A stretch of DNA of 64,000 nucleotides, taken from positions 2,494-66,493 of the forward strand of contig NZ_JAHBYG010000019.1 in NCBI RefSeq assembly GCF_019636075.1. Reading direction: 5' to 3'. Made by a program: the position numbers and the translations under genes. Position 1 is the first letter of the stretch. The number at the start of each line of letters is the position of its first letter. Shown piece after piece: positions 9,949 to 18,847 of this stretch. The notes below the pieces were generated by a model that worked only from the letters and a program-made list of their open reading frames with translations, made no database searches and was not told the DNA's origin. The DNA is from Ferrovibrio sp. GTDB taxonomy: Bacteria > Pseudomonadota > Alphaproteobacteria > Ferrovibrionales > Ferrovibrionaceae.

Positions 9949-11808
9949 CTATGCAGATAAGGATTTTGCCGGGCTTTGCAACGGCGAGCCGGCCAATTCC
10001 GGCGCCTGCTGGGCTTCCTGCTGGCGGCGCCAGAGCCGGGCATAGAGCCCGTCGGCAGCCAGCAAGGCCTCGTGCCGGCCGCGTTCGGCCACCCGGCCGC
10101 CCTCCAGCACGATAATTTCGTCGGCATCCACCACGGTGGACAGCCGATGCGCGATCACCAGCGTGGTGAGGCCTTCGGCGGCGCGCAGCAGCGCCTGCTG
10201 AATTTCGCGTTCGGTATGGGTATCCAGCGCCGAAGTGGCTTCATCGAACACCATCACGCGCGGCCGCTTGAGCAGGGCACGCGCAATCGCCACGCGCTGC
10301 TTTTCGCCGCCCGACAATTTCAAGCCGCGTTCGCCCACCATGGTTTCGTAGCCATCGGGCAGGCGGGCGATCAGCGGCACCAGCTGCGCCATCTCGGCGG
10401 CCTGCCGCACATCCTCGATGCTGGCGCCGGGCCGACCATAGGCGATGTTGTAATAGATCGTGTCGTTGAACAGCACCGTATCCTGCGGCACGATGCCGAT
10501 GGCGGCGCGCAAACTATTCTGCGCCACATCGCGGATATCCTGGCCATCCACCAGGATGCGGCCCGCCGTCACGTCGTAGAACCGGAACAGCAGGCGCGAC
10601 AAGGTGCTCTTGCCGGCGCCAGAGGCACCCACCACGGCCAGCTTGCGGCCGGGCTGGATGGTGAAACTCACATCGTTGAGAATCTGCCGGCGCGGCTCAT
10701 AGGCAAAGCCCACCGCATCGAATGTCACCTGGCCGGGCCCGGCGGCCAAGGCCGGCGCATCGGGCTTGTCGCTCACCTCGGCGGGCACATCCAGCAGCTT
10801 GAACATGGCTTCCATGTCCACCAGGCCCTGCTTGATCTCGCGATAGGCGAAGCCCAGGAAATTGAGCGGCATGTAAAGCTGGATCAGATAGGTGTTCACC
10901 AGCACGAAATCGCCCAAGGTCATACTGCCGTCGCGCACGCCGATGGCGGCCAGGCTCATCACCGCGATCAAACCCACCGCGATGATGGCGCCCTGGCCGA
11001 TATTCAGCATGGACAGCGTGACCTGGCTTTTCACCGCCGCGCGTTCGTAGCGGCCAAGCGCTTCGTCGAACCGCCGCGCCTCATGCGCCTCGTTGGTGAA
11101 GTATTTCACCGTCTCGTAATTCAGCAGGCTGTCTACAGCGCGGGTATTGGCACGCTGATCTTCGTCGTTCATCTGGCGGCGATACTTGGTGCGCCATTCG
11201 GTGAATAGCAGCGTGAAGGCGATATAGCCGATGATCGAGCCCACGGTGATGATCATGAACTGCCAGCCATACATCACCCACAGGATGCCGCCGACCAGCA
11301 GTATCTCCACGATGGTGGGGAAGATGTTGAAGGTCATGAATTGCAGCACGAACTGGATGCCCTTGGTGCCGCGTTCGATCACCCGGCTCAAGCCGCCGGT
11401 CTGGCGTTCGAGATGGAAGCGCAGCGACAAGGCGTGCAGATGGTTGAACACCGCTAGGCCCAGGCCGCGTATCGCCGCCTGCGCCACCTTGGCGAAAACC
11501 GCATCCCGCGCCTCGCCGAAAACCTGCGAGGCCACCCGCGCCAGGCCATAGGCCAGCACCACGCCCAGCACCGCGCCCACCGCGATGTTCGGGTTGTCGC
11601 GCAGGCCATCCAGCAGATCGACGGCGCGCTTGAACATATAGGGCACCGCCACGGTGATCAGCTTGGCGGCGAGCAGAAACACCAGCGCCACCAGCACGCG
11701 ACGGCGCAGATCGGGCCGGTCGCTGGGCCAGAGCCAGGGCAGCAGGGTGGCAGCCAGCGAGCGGCGCGGCGCGGCGCCGGTGGCGTTAGGAGCGGGGCTA
11801 TTGGACAT
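9949..11808 (-). CDS. Atm1/ABCB7-like ABC exporter (permease plus ATPase)
   Basis: FHLERQTGGLSRVIERG, DSLLNYETVKYF, GASGAGKST, LSGGEKQRVAIAR. Confidence 0.93.
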   Translation of the reverse strand: MSNSPAPNATGAAPRRSLAATLLPWLWPSDRPDLRRRVLVALVFLLAAKLITVAVPYMFKRAVDLLDGLRDNPNIAVGAVLGVVLAYGLARVASQVFGEARDAVFAKVAQAAIRGLGLAVFNHLHALSLRFHLERQTGGLSRVIERGTKGIQFVLQFMTFNIFPTIVEILLVGGILWVMYGWQFMIITVGSIIGYIAFTLLFTEWRTKYRRQMNDEDQRANTRAVDSLLNYETVKYFTNEAHEARRFDEALGRYERAAVKSQVTLSMLNIGQGAIIAVGLIAVMSLAAIGVRDGSMTLGDFVLVNTYLIQLYMPLNFLGFAYREIKQGLVDMEAMFKLLDVPAEVSDKPDAPALAAGPGQVTFDAVGFAYEPRRQILNDVSFTIQPGRKLAVVGASGAGKSTLSRLLFRFYDVTAGRILVDGQDIRDVAQNSLRAAIGIVPQDTVLFNDTIYYNIAYGRPGASIEDVRQAAEMAQLVPLIARLPDGYETMVGERGLKLSGGEKQRVAIARALLKRPRVMVFDEATSALDTHTEREIQQALLRAAEGLTTLVIAHRLSTVVDADEIIVLEGGRVAERGRHEALLAADGLYARLWRRQQEAQQAPELAGSPLQSPAKSLSA

Positions 11809-12083
11809 GGGGGATTTTTTTGCAGCAGCGAAGGGCGGATGGAATAGCGGGCTTCAATAGCATTACGGCATCGAAAAGCCCACCGCGTGGATCAGGCGGC
11901 CTCTTGCCTCGGCTGGATGCGGCGCGTATCGTCTGGCCCGTGCAAATCCTGGCGCCCTGTAAATCCAGGCGCCGTGCACATCACGGTACGGCGATATCAC
12001 AATCCCGGCTCCCCAAACCCGTTTGCGGTATCATCCGCTTGCGGAAAACCTAAGAAACCATACGACAAGAGAAAGAGACGCAG

Positions 12084-12929
12084 ATGAAGGTGGTGACTTT
12101 CAACGCCAAAGGCAAGCCCTCCTATGGCCGTGTTGGCGCCGATGGCAATGTGATCGACCTGACCGGCACGCTGGGCGCGAAATATCCCGATCTGGTGGCC
12201 GTGCTGAAGGCCGGCGCGCTGGGCGAACTGGCCAAGGCCGATGGTGCATCCGTGGGCCCGGTGGAAAGCCTGGACCTGCTGCCGGTGATCCCCAATCCGG
12301 GCAAGATCGTTTGCATCGGCGTGAATTACGACGAGCATCGCCGCGAAATGGGCCGCGAACCGCCGGGCCACCCCACCTGCTTCGTGCGCTTTCCGGAAAG
12401 CCAGATCGGCCATGGCAAGCCCATGCTGCGCCCGGCGGAATCCGAAAAGTTCGATTACGAAGGCGAGCTTGCCGTGGTGATCGGCAAGGAAGGCTTCAAG
12501 GTGAAGGAAGCCGATGCGCTGTCCATCATCGCCGGCTATAGCTGCTACAACGACGGCTCGATCCGCGATTGGCAGAACCATACCAGCCAGTTCACCCCGG
12601 GCAAGAATTTCCCCGCCACCGGCGGCTTCGGCCCCTGGATGGTGACCGCCGACGAGATTCCCGATCCGCAGGCGCTGATGCTGGAAACCCGCCTGAACGG
12701 CCAGACCGTGCAGAAATCCGGCACCGATCTGATGACCTTCAACATCCGCAAGATCATCGCCTATGTCACCACCTGGCTGCCGCTGAAGCCCGGCGACGTG
12801 ATCGCGTCGGGCACGCCCGGCGGCGTCGGCGCCAAGCGCAACCCGCCGCTCTGGATGAAGGATGGCGACGTGGTGGAAGTGGATATCAGCGGCGTGGGCG
12901 TATTGCGCAATCCGATCAAGAACGCCTGA
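12084..12929 (+). CDS. Fumarylacetoacetate hydrolase family protein
   Basis: KIVCIGVNY, DYEGELAVVIG, YNDGSIRDWQ, GKNF, GTPGGVG. Confidence 0.93.
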   Translation: MKVVTFNAKGKPSYGRVGADGNVIDLTGTLGAKYPDLVAVLKAGALGELAKADGASVGPVESLDLLPVIPNPGKIVCIGVNYDEHRREMGREPPGHPTCFVRFPESQIGHGKPMLRPAESEKFDYEGELAVVIGKEGFKVKEADALSIIAGYSCYNDGSIRDWQNHTSQFTPGKNFPATGGFGPWMVTADEIPDPQALMLETRLNGQTVQKSGTDLMTFNIRKIIAYVTTWLPLKPGDVIASGTPGGVGAKRNPPLWMKDGDVVEVDISGVGVLRNPIKNA

Positions 12930-12947
12930 TCCGCAGGGATCGCGACA

Positions 12948-12981
12948 GCGCCGCCCCGCAACCCCGGGGCGGCGTTTTTTT
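12948..12981 (+). terminator. Intrinsic terminator
   Basis: CGCCGCCCCG...CGGGGCGGCG followed by a T7 tract. Confidence 0.8.
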
Positions 12982-13020
12982 ATCGCTTGCGTGGTACCAC
13001 TGCCGGTACCATAATAAGCC

Positions 13021-13269
13021 ATGGGCAAAGCCGATAAATTGCTTGCCGCCATGCGGCGCAACCCGCTGGACTGGCGAATCGAGCAATTGAAGACCGTGGC
13101 TGAAGCCCATGGTTTGGACTGGCGGCAACCGGGCAGCAGCCATGTCACGTTCCGGCATGCCTCCGGCGCCATCCTGACCGTACCGGCGAAGCGACCGATC
13201 AAACCGATTTACATCAAGCTTTTCATCCGCATGCTTGAGGGACTGGGTAACGATGGCACTGAAACGTAA
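13021..13269 (+). CDS. hicA: HicA-family toxin
   Basis: GSSHVTFRH...LTVPAKRPIKPIYIK dsRBD-like HicA motif. Confidence 0.88.
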   Translation: MGKADKLLAAMRRNPLDWRIEQLKTVAEAHGLDWRQPGSSHVTFRHASGAILTVPAKRPIKPIYIKLFIRMLEGLGNDGTET

Positions 13270-13666
13270 AACCGCAGCGGTGGACAAGGATTATCCCATC
13301 ACCGTGCGGCGGCTGACATCCGCCGAGGGCGGCGGCTGGCTGGCCAGCGTGCCGGATTTGCCCGGCTGCCATGGCGATGGGGCCACACCGGAAGCCGCCT
13401 TGCGCGATGCCCGTGCCGCCATCGCCGCCTGGATTGCCACCGCGCAGGAATTCGGCGACCGGATTCCCGCGCCACGCCGCGACGATGCCTTTTCCGGCCA
13501 ATGGCGGGTGCGGGTGCCGCGCTCTCTGCATCGCAAACTGGCGGAACGCGCTGCCCAGGAAGGCGTCAGCCTCAACACCTTCACCGCCACCTTGCTGGCG
13601 GAAGGCATCGGCGAGCGCCGTGCCCGCGCCGCCTCATTTGCTTCAGCAAAAACCGGCCGGCGCTAA
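13253..13666 (+). CDS. hicB: HicB-family antitoxin with C-terminal ribbon-helix-helix
   Basis: GGWLASVPDLPGCHGDGATPEAAL; FSGQWRVRVPRSLHRKLAERAAQEGVSLN. Confidence 0.9.
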   Translation: MALKRKTAAVDKDYPITVRRLTSAEGGGWLASVPDLPGCHGDGATPEAALRDARAAIAAWIATAQEFGDRIPAPRRDDAFSGQWRVRVPRSLHRKLAERAAQEGVSLNTFTATLLAEGIGERRARAASFASAKTGRR

Positions 13667-14715
13667 CTGAAATCCGCGCCCACCGCATCGGCCACAGTGG
13701 CGAAGCCGTCGCGGCGCAACAGCTCTGACAATTCGGCATTGATGCGGCCGACCAGGCCAGGGCCTTCATAGATCAACGCGGAATAAACCTGCACGGCCGC
13801 GGCGCCGGCGCGGATCTTGGCATAGGCATCGGCACCCGAGGCGATGCCGCCCACGCCGACCAGGTGCAGCTTGCCCCGCACCAGCGGATACAATTTGCGC
13901 AGCACATCGGTGCTCTGCTCGCGCAGCGGCGCACCCGACAATCCGCCGGCTTCCGCCTTGTTGGCGCTGCGCAGGCTTTCGGGCCGCAGGATCGTGGTGT
14001 TGGTGGCGATGATGCCATCCAGCTTGTGGTCCAGCGCCAGCGCGGCGATATCCTGCAAATCCTCATCGGTCAGATCGGGGGCGATCTTCACGAAAAGCGG
14101 CCGCGGGCAGGCCTGGCGATGCGGCGCCATGCGCTCCAGCAGACCGGCCAGTTCGGCGCGGCCCTGCAGGTTGCGCAGCCCCGGCGTGTTGGGCGACGAC
14201 ACATTCACCACCAGGAAATCCAGCAGCGGCGCCAGCTTGGCATAGCCGATGCTGAAATCGCCGGCACGATCCTGGCTTTCCTTGTTGGCCCCCAGATTGG
14301 CGCCCACCGGGCCGCGCGCCTTGTAATTGCGCGAAGCCAGCCGTGCTGCAACGGCCTCCAATCCTTCGCTGTTGAAGCCGAAGCGGTTGATCACCGCGCG
14401 GTCTTCCTCCAGGCGGAATACACGCGGACGCGGATTGCCCGGCTGCGGCAGCGGCGTGACGCAGCCGATCTCCGCGAAACCGAAACCCATGCGCAGCATG
14501 GCATCGGGCACTTCGCCATGCTTGTCGAAACCGGCGGCCAGGCCTACCGGATTATCCATCTGCATGCCGGCCAGCTTGCAGCGCAGGCGATCGTCGGGTG
14601 CACGCCGCAGATCGGGCAGCAGGCCGGTTTTGAGCGCCATGAGCGTGAGGCCATGGGCGGTTTCGGCTTCGATATGGCGCAGCAGCGGCCAGGCCAATGT
14701 GCTGTAGAGGCTCAT
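13663..14715 (-). CDS. pyrD: Quinone-dependent dihydroorotate dehydrogenase
   Basis: NPVGLAAGFDK, NRFGFNS, VNVSSPNTPGLR, VKIAPDL, ATNTT, GGLSG. Confidence 0.97.
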   Translation of the reverse strand: MSLYSTLAWPLLRHIEAETAHGLTLMALKTGLLPDLRRAPDDRLRCKLAGMQMDNPVGLAAGFDKHGEVPDAMLRMGFGFAEIGCVTPLPQPGNPRPRVFRLEEDRAVINRFGFNSEGLEAVAARLASRNYKARGPVGANLGANKESQDRAGDFSIGYAKLAPLLDFLVVNVSSPNTPGLRNLQGRAELAGLLERMAPHRQACPRPLFVKIAPDLTDEDLQDIAALALDHKLDGIIATNTTILRPESLRSANKAEAGGLSGAPLREQSTDVLRKLYPLVRGKLHLVGVGGIASGADAYAKIRAGAAAVQVYSALIYEGPGLVGRINAELSELLRRDGFATVADAVGADFS

Positions 14716-15326
14716 GCTTGATCCAGGCGATAGCTTTTCAGGGTTCTGGTTTGCAGCGAGGGATACACTTCGCCGCCGAGCAATTCCAGTGCCGCGATAT
14801 GCGCGTGCACCGAACAGGGCAGGGCGGCGATGCGGGCGGCGAAATCGGCGGGCAGCTTTTCCGGTGCGGCATACCGCAACAACGTGCAATGAATCTCCGC
14901 ATAGGGCGGCCGCAGACCGGCCGGGCGCTTCACCCGTTCGCTCAGCAGCCGGCGCAGACCCAACGCATGCTCATCGGGTGCGGCCAGGGCGATCACGGCC
15001 AGTTCGGCCGCCTGCAATCGCTGGAAATGCCATGCGAAGGCCTTCGCGCCGGCGCAATATTCATCCAGCGCCGCCAGCGCCGGAGCTTCCGCCGCGGCCC
15101 AGAAAGCCTGCTTGTCGAAATCCTCGCGCGGGCTGGCAAACACATGCACCGAAACATGCAGGCGATGCGTCGGCGCGCGCAGGAAGGCGCCGGGCGCGAT
15201 GGCCTCAATCTCGTCGCGCACCGCATCCAGTGCGGCGGCGCTTTCCGGCGGCATCAGCGCCTGCACGAAAAACGATTCCACCCGGGTATTCCAGAAGGGA
15301 TCGCGACGGAAAACCGCAGGCTGCAT
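14712..15326 (-). CDS. 2H phosphoesterase (2',5'-RNA ligase/CPDase-like)
   Basis: Two Hx(S/T) motifs, RLHVSV and IHCTL; its stop overlaps the pyrD start (ATGA). Confidence 0.75.
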   Translation of the reverse strand: MQPAVFRRDPFWNTRVESFFVQALMPPESAAALDAVRDEIEAIAPGAFLRAPTHRLHVSVHVFASPREDFDKQAFWAAAEAPALAALDEYCAGAKAFAWHFQRLQAAELAVIALAAPDEHALGLRRLLSERVKRPAGLRPPYAEIHCTLLRYAAPEKLPADFAARIAALPCSVHAHIAALELLGGEVYPSLQTRTLKSYRLDQA

Positions 15327-15329
15327 CGC

Positions 15330-15671
15330 TCAATCCAGCGGCGGAAACATATGCACGCCATCCTGGCCCAGCGGCAATGGGCGGATGCTGTGCACCTGAT
15401 CGGGCCGCAGGCTGGCATAGAGATGCGGAAACAGATCGCCGCCGCGCGCCGGTTCCCATTTCAAGGCATCGCCCAGGCTTTCGGCCTTTATGCTGAGCAG
15501 CAGCAGATCGGCGCGCCCGGCGCGATGTTTGGCCGCCGAGGCCGCCACCTGCGCGGCAGTGGAAAAATGCATGAAGCCGTCGCGCAGATCGTCGGGCGAG
15601 CCGGCGTAAGAGCCGCTTTGCAACGCCGCCTGCCAATCGGCCAGGGCGGCCATGTGATAGATCATGGTCAT
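15330..15671 (-). CDS. DUF952 family protein
   Basis: MIYHM, DGFMHFST..QV, LKWE...LFPHLY. Confidence 0.9.
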   Translation of the reverse strand: MTMIYHMAALADWQAALQSGSYAGSPDDLRDGFMHFSTAAQVAASAAKHRAGRADLLLLSIKAESLGDALKWEPARGGDLFPHLYASLRPDQVHSIRPLPLGQDGVHMFPPLD

Positions 15672-15687
15672 GGGCCGGACTTGTAGC

Positions 15688-16116
15688 TTATTTCACCCGG
15701 CCTGTCGCCTTTTCCAGGGTGCGCAAACCGGCCATGCCGAGCATGGCAAGCACAAGTTCGATCAGGTTATCGGTCAGGATACCCGGCGGTTGCAGGCCCG
15801 GCGCCCAGAGCGCTGCGGCCCATTGGAATATCGGATGCCCGATATAGGCCCAGGCCACGCCGGCGGCGCAGACCCAGCCCACAGCGGGCCGCCAGCCGGC
15901 GACGAAAATCGAGCGATGCGCCGCCTCGATCTTGTTCAGTTCCACCTGCAATTCACCCGGATGCTGGCGCAGCTTTTCCAGCACCGCCTCGGCCTGGGCA
16001 CGTTCGGCATCGGAGGTGAATAATTTATCGAACACGTTGCCAATCGCCTCGATGGGGCTGGCAACGCCGCCGCCAGCCAAGGTACCACCCAGGGCACCGA
16101 TCAATCTGCCGAGCAT
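15688..16116 (-). CDS. 3-TM holin (holin of 3TMs, GTA-release type)
   Basis: ELNKIEAAHRSIFVAGWRPAVGWVCA...LAMLGMAGLRTLEKATG. Confidence 0.85.
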   Translation of the reverse strand: MLGRLIGALGGTLAGGGVASPIEAIGNVFDKLFTSDAERAQAEAVLEKLRQHPGELQVELNKIEAAHRSIFVAGWRPAVGWVCAAGVAWAYIGHPIFQWAAALWAPGLQPPGILTDNLIELVLAMLGMAGLRTLEKATGRVK

Positions 16117-16125
16117 GGCCGCCTC

Positions 16126-16566
16126 CTATGCGATATGATCGTAAAACACATGCCGGCCGATCCGCGCGCAGGGCTCGTGCCCGCGCGCCCAGCCGGGCAG
16201 GATATCCGCCGCGTGGTAATGCGTGGCTCCATGGGTGGGATCGGGCAGCGCGCCGGCCAGCGCCAGACGCGCGATGCGCAAGGCGGCGGCGAAGCTGTTA
16301 TCGATGGCGCCCACGCGCAACAGCTTGTCGCGGTTCGGATCCCCGGCATTCCAGCAGGAGAATTGCCAGGGCCGGAGGCAGACCTCGACGATATCGCGGC
16401 CCCACCAGCCCGGCCGCCGCGCGCGGTTGACGATCACGGCGGCCACCGCCGCCATGCCGGCCTCGCCCTCGCCGCGCGCTTCGCCCCACAGCGTGCGCGC
16501 CAGCACGTCGATCTCGCGCTCGCGGGCGGCATGGCCGGCCTGTTCGCGTTGCCGCGCCGGGGTCAT
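16126..16566 (-). CDS. Cell wall hydrolase (SleB/Hydrolase_2 family) endolysin
   Basis: DVLARTLWGEARGEG, QFSCWN, DPTHGATHYH, IGRHVFY. Confidence 0.92.
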   Translation of the reverse strand: MTPARQREQAGHAAREREIDVLARTLWGEARGEGEAGMAAVAAVIVNRARRPGWWGRDIVEVCLRPWQFSCWNAGDPNRDKLLRVGAIDNSFAAALRIARLALAGALPDPTHGATHYHAADILPGWARGHEPCARIGRHVFYDHIA

Positions 16567-16880
16567 GACCGCATGCCATATTGCTGCAGGCTGGCCTGAT
16601 CCAGCTTGGTTTCGATGCGCAGCAGATGTTCGGTCAACCGGGTTTCCACATCCTTCAGCAGGCCGATGGAGGCATAGGTCTGCGCCACTTCCAGCTTGTA
16701 ATCGGCCAGCGCGGCACGCAGGGCATGGATCGCCGTGCGGCTGTCGCGGTTGGCATTCTCCAGCGCGCGGCTGCAATCGTCGCGCTGGCGCTGTTGCAGC
16801 CAGAACAGCCCGGCCAGCGCCGGCAGTTCCACCGCCGTGAGCCACCAGGCGAGGTCGATGGTGAAAAGCGTGGCAGGCAT
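16563..16880 (-). CDS. Phage membrane protein (N-terminal TM plus coiled coil)
   Basis: WWLTAVELPALAGLFWL, then a heptad-rich helix; ATGA-coupled to the hydrolase. Confidence 0.7.
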   Translation of the reverse strand: MPATLFTIDLAWWLTAVELPALAGLFWLQQRQRDDCSRALENANRDSRTAIHALRAALADYKLEVAQTYASIGLLKDVETRLTEHLLRIETKLDQASLQQYGMRS

Positions 16881-16898
16881 GGGAATATCCTTCTCTGT

Positions 16899-18452
16899 CT
16901 AGGGGGTGAAATCGCTATCGGCATTGAAACCGCCGCCGCCCGGCCGCCAATCGCGGCGCCGTGCCCTGGTTTTCGCCTGTGCGCTCAGCCGCACCGGTTC
17001 GCTGAGCAGACAGCCGGCCACCGCATCCAGGCCATCGTCGCGGCCCTGGGAAATGCCCGGCCGCCATTCGCGCATCTCCACCAGGAAGGGCGAAGCCAGC
17101 ACGCTGTCATGGGCATGGATGGCGCCGGCCGCCAGCGGCGCATCGAAGGCGGCAAGAATGCGGGCTGCCTTGGCCTGGCGGCTGTTGCATTCGATCACCG
17201 CGGCACCCGGCCAATCCTCATCCGCTGCCAGCGCCAATTCGCGCCGCAGCAGCCCGGGCAGGAATTTGCCCAAGCCGTTGCTCTCGATCCGCACGGCGGG
17301 CAGATGCAGGTCGCGCAGAAAACCCACCACCTGGCGGCAAAGCTGGGTGGCCGCATCGGTTTCCTCCAACCGGCGCGGATCATGCTGCAGATAGGCCACG
17401 CGATGCAGGAAATACCCACCCTCGCCATCGCTGAACATCGCCGCGATCACGCTGCCATCGCCCTTGCGCGGCGTGCCATAGGCCGGATCCCACCAACACG
17501 AGGCCGAATGCATGCGGCGTGCGCCGATGCTGAGCTGCCAATGCCCGCCGGCCTGATGCAGCGCAATCTCGTCGCCATAGGGCCGCAGCAGATCGGGATT
17601 CAGCCGGCCATCTTCGGCGGCCGTGGGCTGCAACAGCATCTGGCTGGCGAATTTCGCCGGGCCGGAGCGTTTGCGGATGGTTTCGATCCGCTTGAGCGAA
17701 AACCGCTCGGGCCAGCGCGACCGCCCCTGTTCATCCACGATCGGCAATTCCAGCCGCTTGAAGCCATCGAGGAAAGGCGCATCCTCGCCGATCTCGCGGC
17801 GCGGCGTGGTGGCATAGATGCTGTAATAGGTATGCGGCGTGCCGATATAGAGCTGCATGCCGGTGGGCACCAGCACATAATCGATCTCGCCCAGGCGCTG
17901 GCGCAATTCCTCGCGCTTGGCCTGCGAGGCCGCCGTACCCGGCACTTCCACGTCGTCGCACAAAACCACATCGGCGCGGCAGCCGGTGATATTGCCGCCC
18001 AGGCCGCGCGCCAGCATGGAGGGATCGCGCAGTTCCAGCACGCGGTTGACGGTGAACTGATCCGCCGCCCATTGCTCGCGCCTGGACGGCTTGAGGCCCG
18101 CCGTGAGCGGATGGCGTTCGAGGATGCGTTTCACATTGCGCACCATCTTGCGTGCCAGGGCCTGTTCGGCGGCCAGCACCAGGATGCGCAGATTGGGATC
18201 GCGCAGCAAAAGCCAGGCGGCGAACAGACCCACCAGGCTGCTCTTGCCGGCATCGCGAAACACCAGCAGCAGCAATTCGCGGTCGCCATTGCGCCAACAT
18301 TGCTCCAGCCAGTCGAGGATGCTGAGATGCAGTACCGGCGTGGTGAGGCCCTGGCGCTGGTTCCACACATGCACGAAATCCGGCAGCGATACCGCCCGGG
18401 CCAGCTTCGGCGGCAGATTGCGCTGCGATGGCCTTGCTGCATCAGAGGTCAT
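16899..18452 (-). CDS. Terminase large subunit (T7-like)
   Basis: Walker A VFRDAGKSS, Walker B VVLCDDVE, IGTPH coupling motif, nuclease residues WWDPAYG, GDGSV, DDGLDAV. Confidence 0.92.
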   Translation of the reverse strand: MTSDAARPSQRNLPPKLARAVSLPDFVHVWNQRQGLTTPVLHLSILDWLEQCWRNGDRELLLLVFRDAGKSSLVGLFAAWLLLRDPNLRILVLAAEQALARKMVRNVKRILERHPLTAGLKPSRREQWAADQFTVNRVLELRDPSMLARGLGGNITGCRADVVLCDDVEVPGTAASQAKREELRQRLGEIDYVLVPTGMQLYIGTPHTYYSIYATTPRREIGEDAPFLDGFKRLELPIVDEQGRSRWPERFSLKRIETIRKRSGPAKFASQMLLQPTAAEDGRLNPDLLRPYGDEIALHQAGGHWQLSIGARRMHSASCWWDPAYGTPRKGDGSVIAAMFSDGEGGYFLHRVAYLQHDPRRLEETDAATQLCRQVVGFLRDLHLPAVRIESNGLGKFLPGLLRRELALAADEDWPGAAVIECNSRQAKAARILAAFDAPLAAGAIHAHDSVLASPFLVEMREWRPGISQGRDDGLDAVAGCLLSEPVRLSAQAKTRARRRDWRPGGGGFNADSDFTP

Positions 18453-18777
18453 CGGGGCCGCTTTCTTCGCTGCCGAGCGCATGCTTGCGGGCCTGGCCGA
18501 GGATATCGTGCAACGCCGCCTCGTCGATTTCAGGCGCCGCCGCTTCTTCCGCATCGGGGCCGCTGGGTTGCGGCAGCAGCCGCTTCACCGCCACGATATG
18601 CGCCAGCAAGGCACGGAAGGCGCCCTGGCGGGCCACTTCCGCCTTGTCGCCGTCATTGGCGCTGGCCGGCAGATCCTCATACACGCGCAGCACATCGTTG
18701 GCCTTGCGCAGCGTAACCGCCTGAAAGCGCCGGCCGAACCGCACGGCCTCGAGATGATCGGCATACATGGCGATCAT
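18442..18777 (-). CDS. Helical phage protein, possible terminase small subunit
   Basis: 111 aa immediately upstream of and overlapping terL; assignment is by position only. Confidence 0.55.
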   Translation of the reverse strand: MIAMYADHLEAVRFGRRFQAVTLRKANDVLRVYEDLPASANDGDKAEVARQGAFRALLAHIVAVKRLLPQPSGPDAEEAAAPEIDEAALHDILGQARKHALGSEESGPDDL

Positions 18778-18845
18778 TCCCCGGCGGTCTGCGGCTTGGG
18801 ATTCTTCACCGGCTTGTCGCCGGGCTTGATCGGAAATGCGGCCAT
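18774..18845 (-). CDS. 23-aa ORF MAAFPIKPGDKPVKNPKPQTAGE
   Basis: GGAGGAA RBS; starts 2 nt after the fibre stop and ATGA-overlaps the next gene. Confidence 0.5.
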   Translation of the reverse strand: MAAFPIKPGDKPVKNPKPQTAGE

Positions 18846-18847
18846 GA

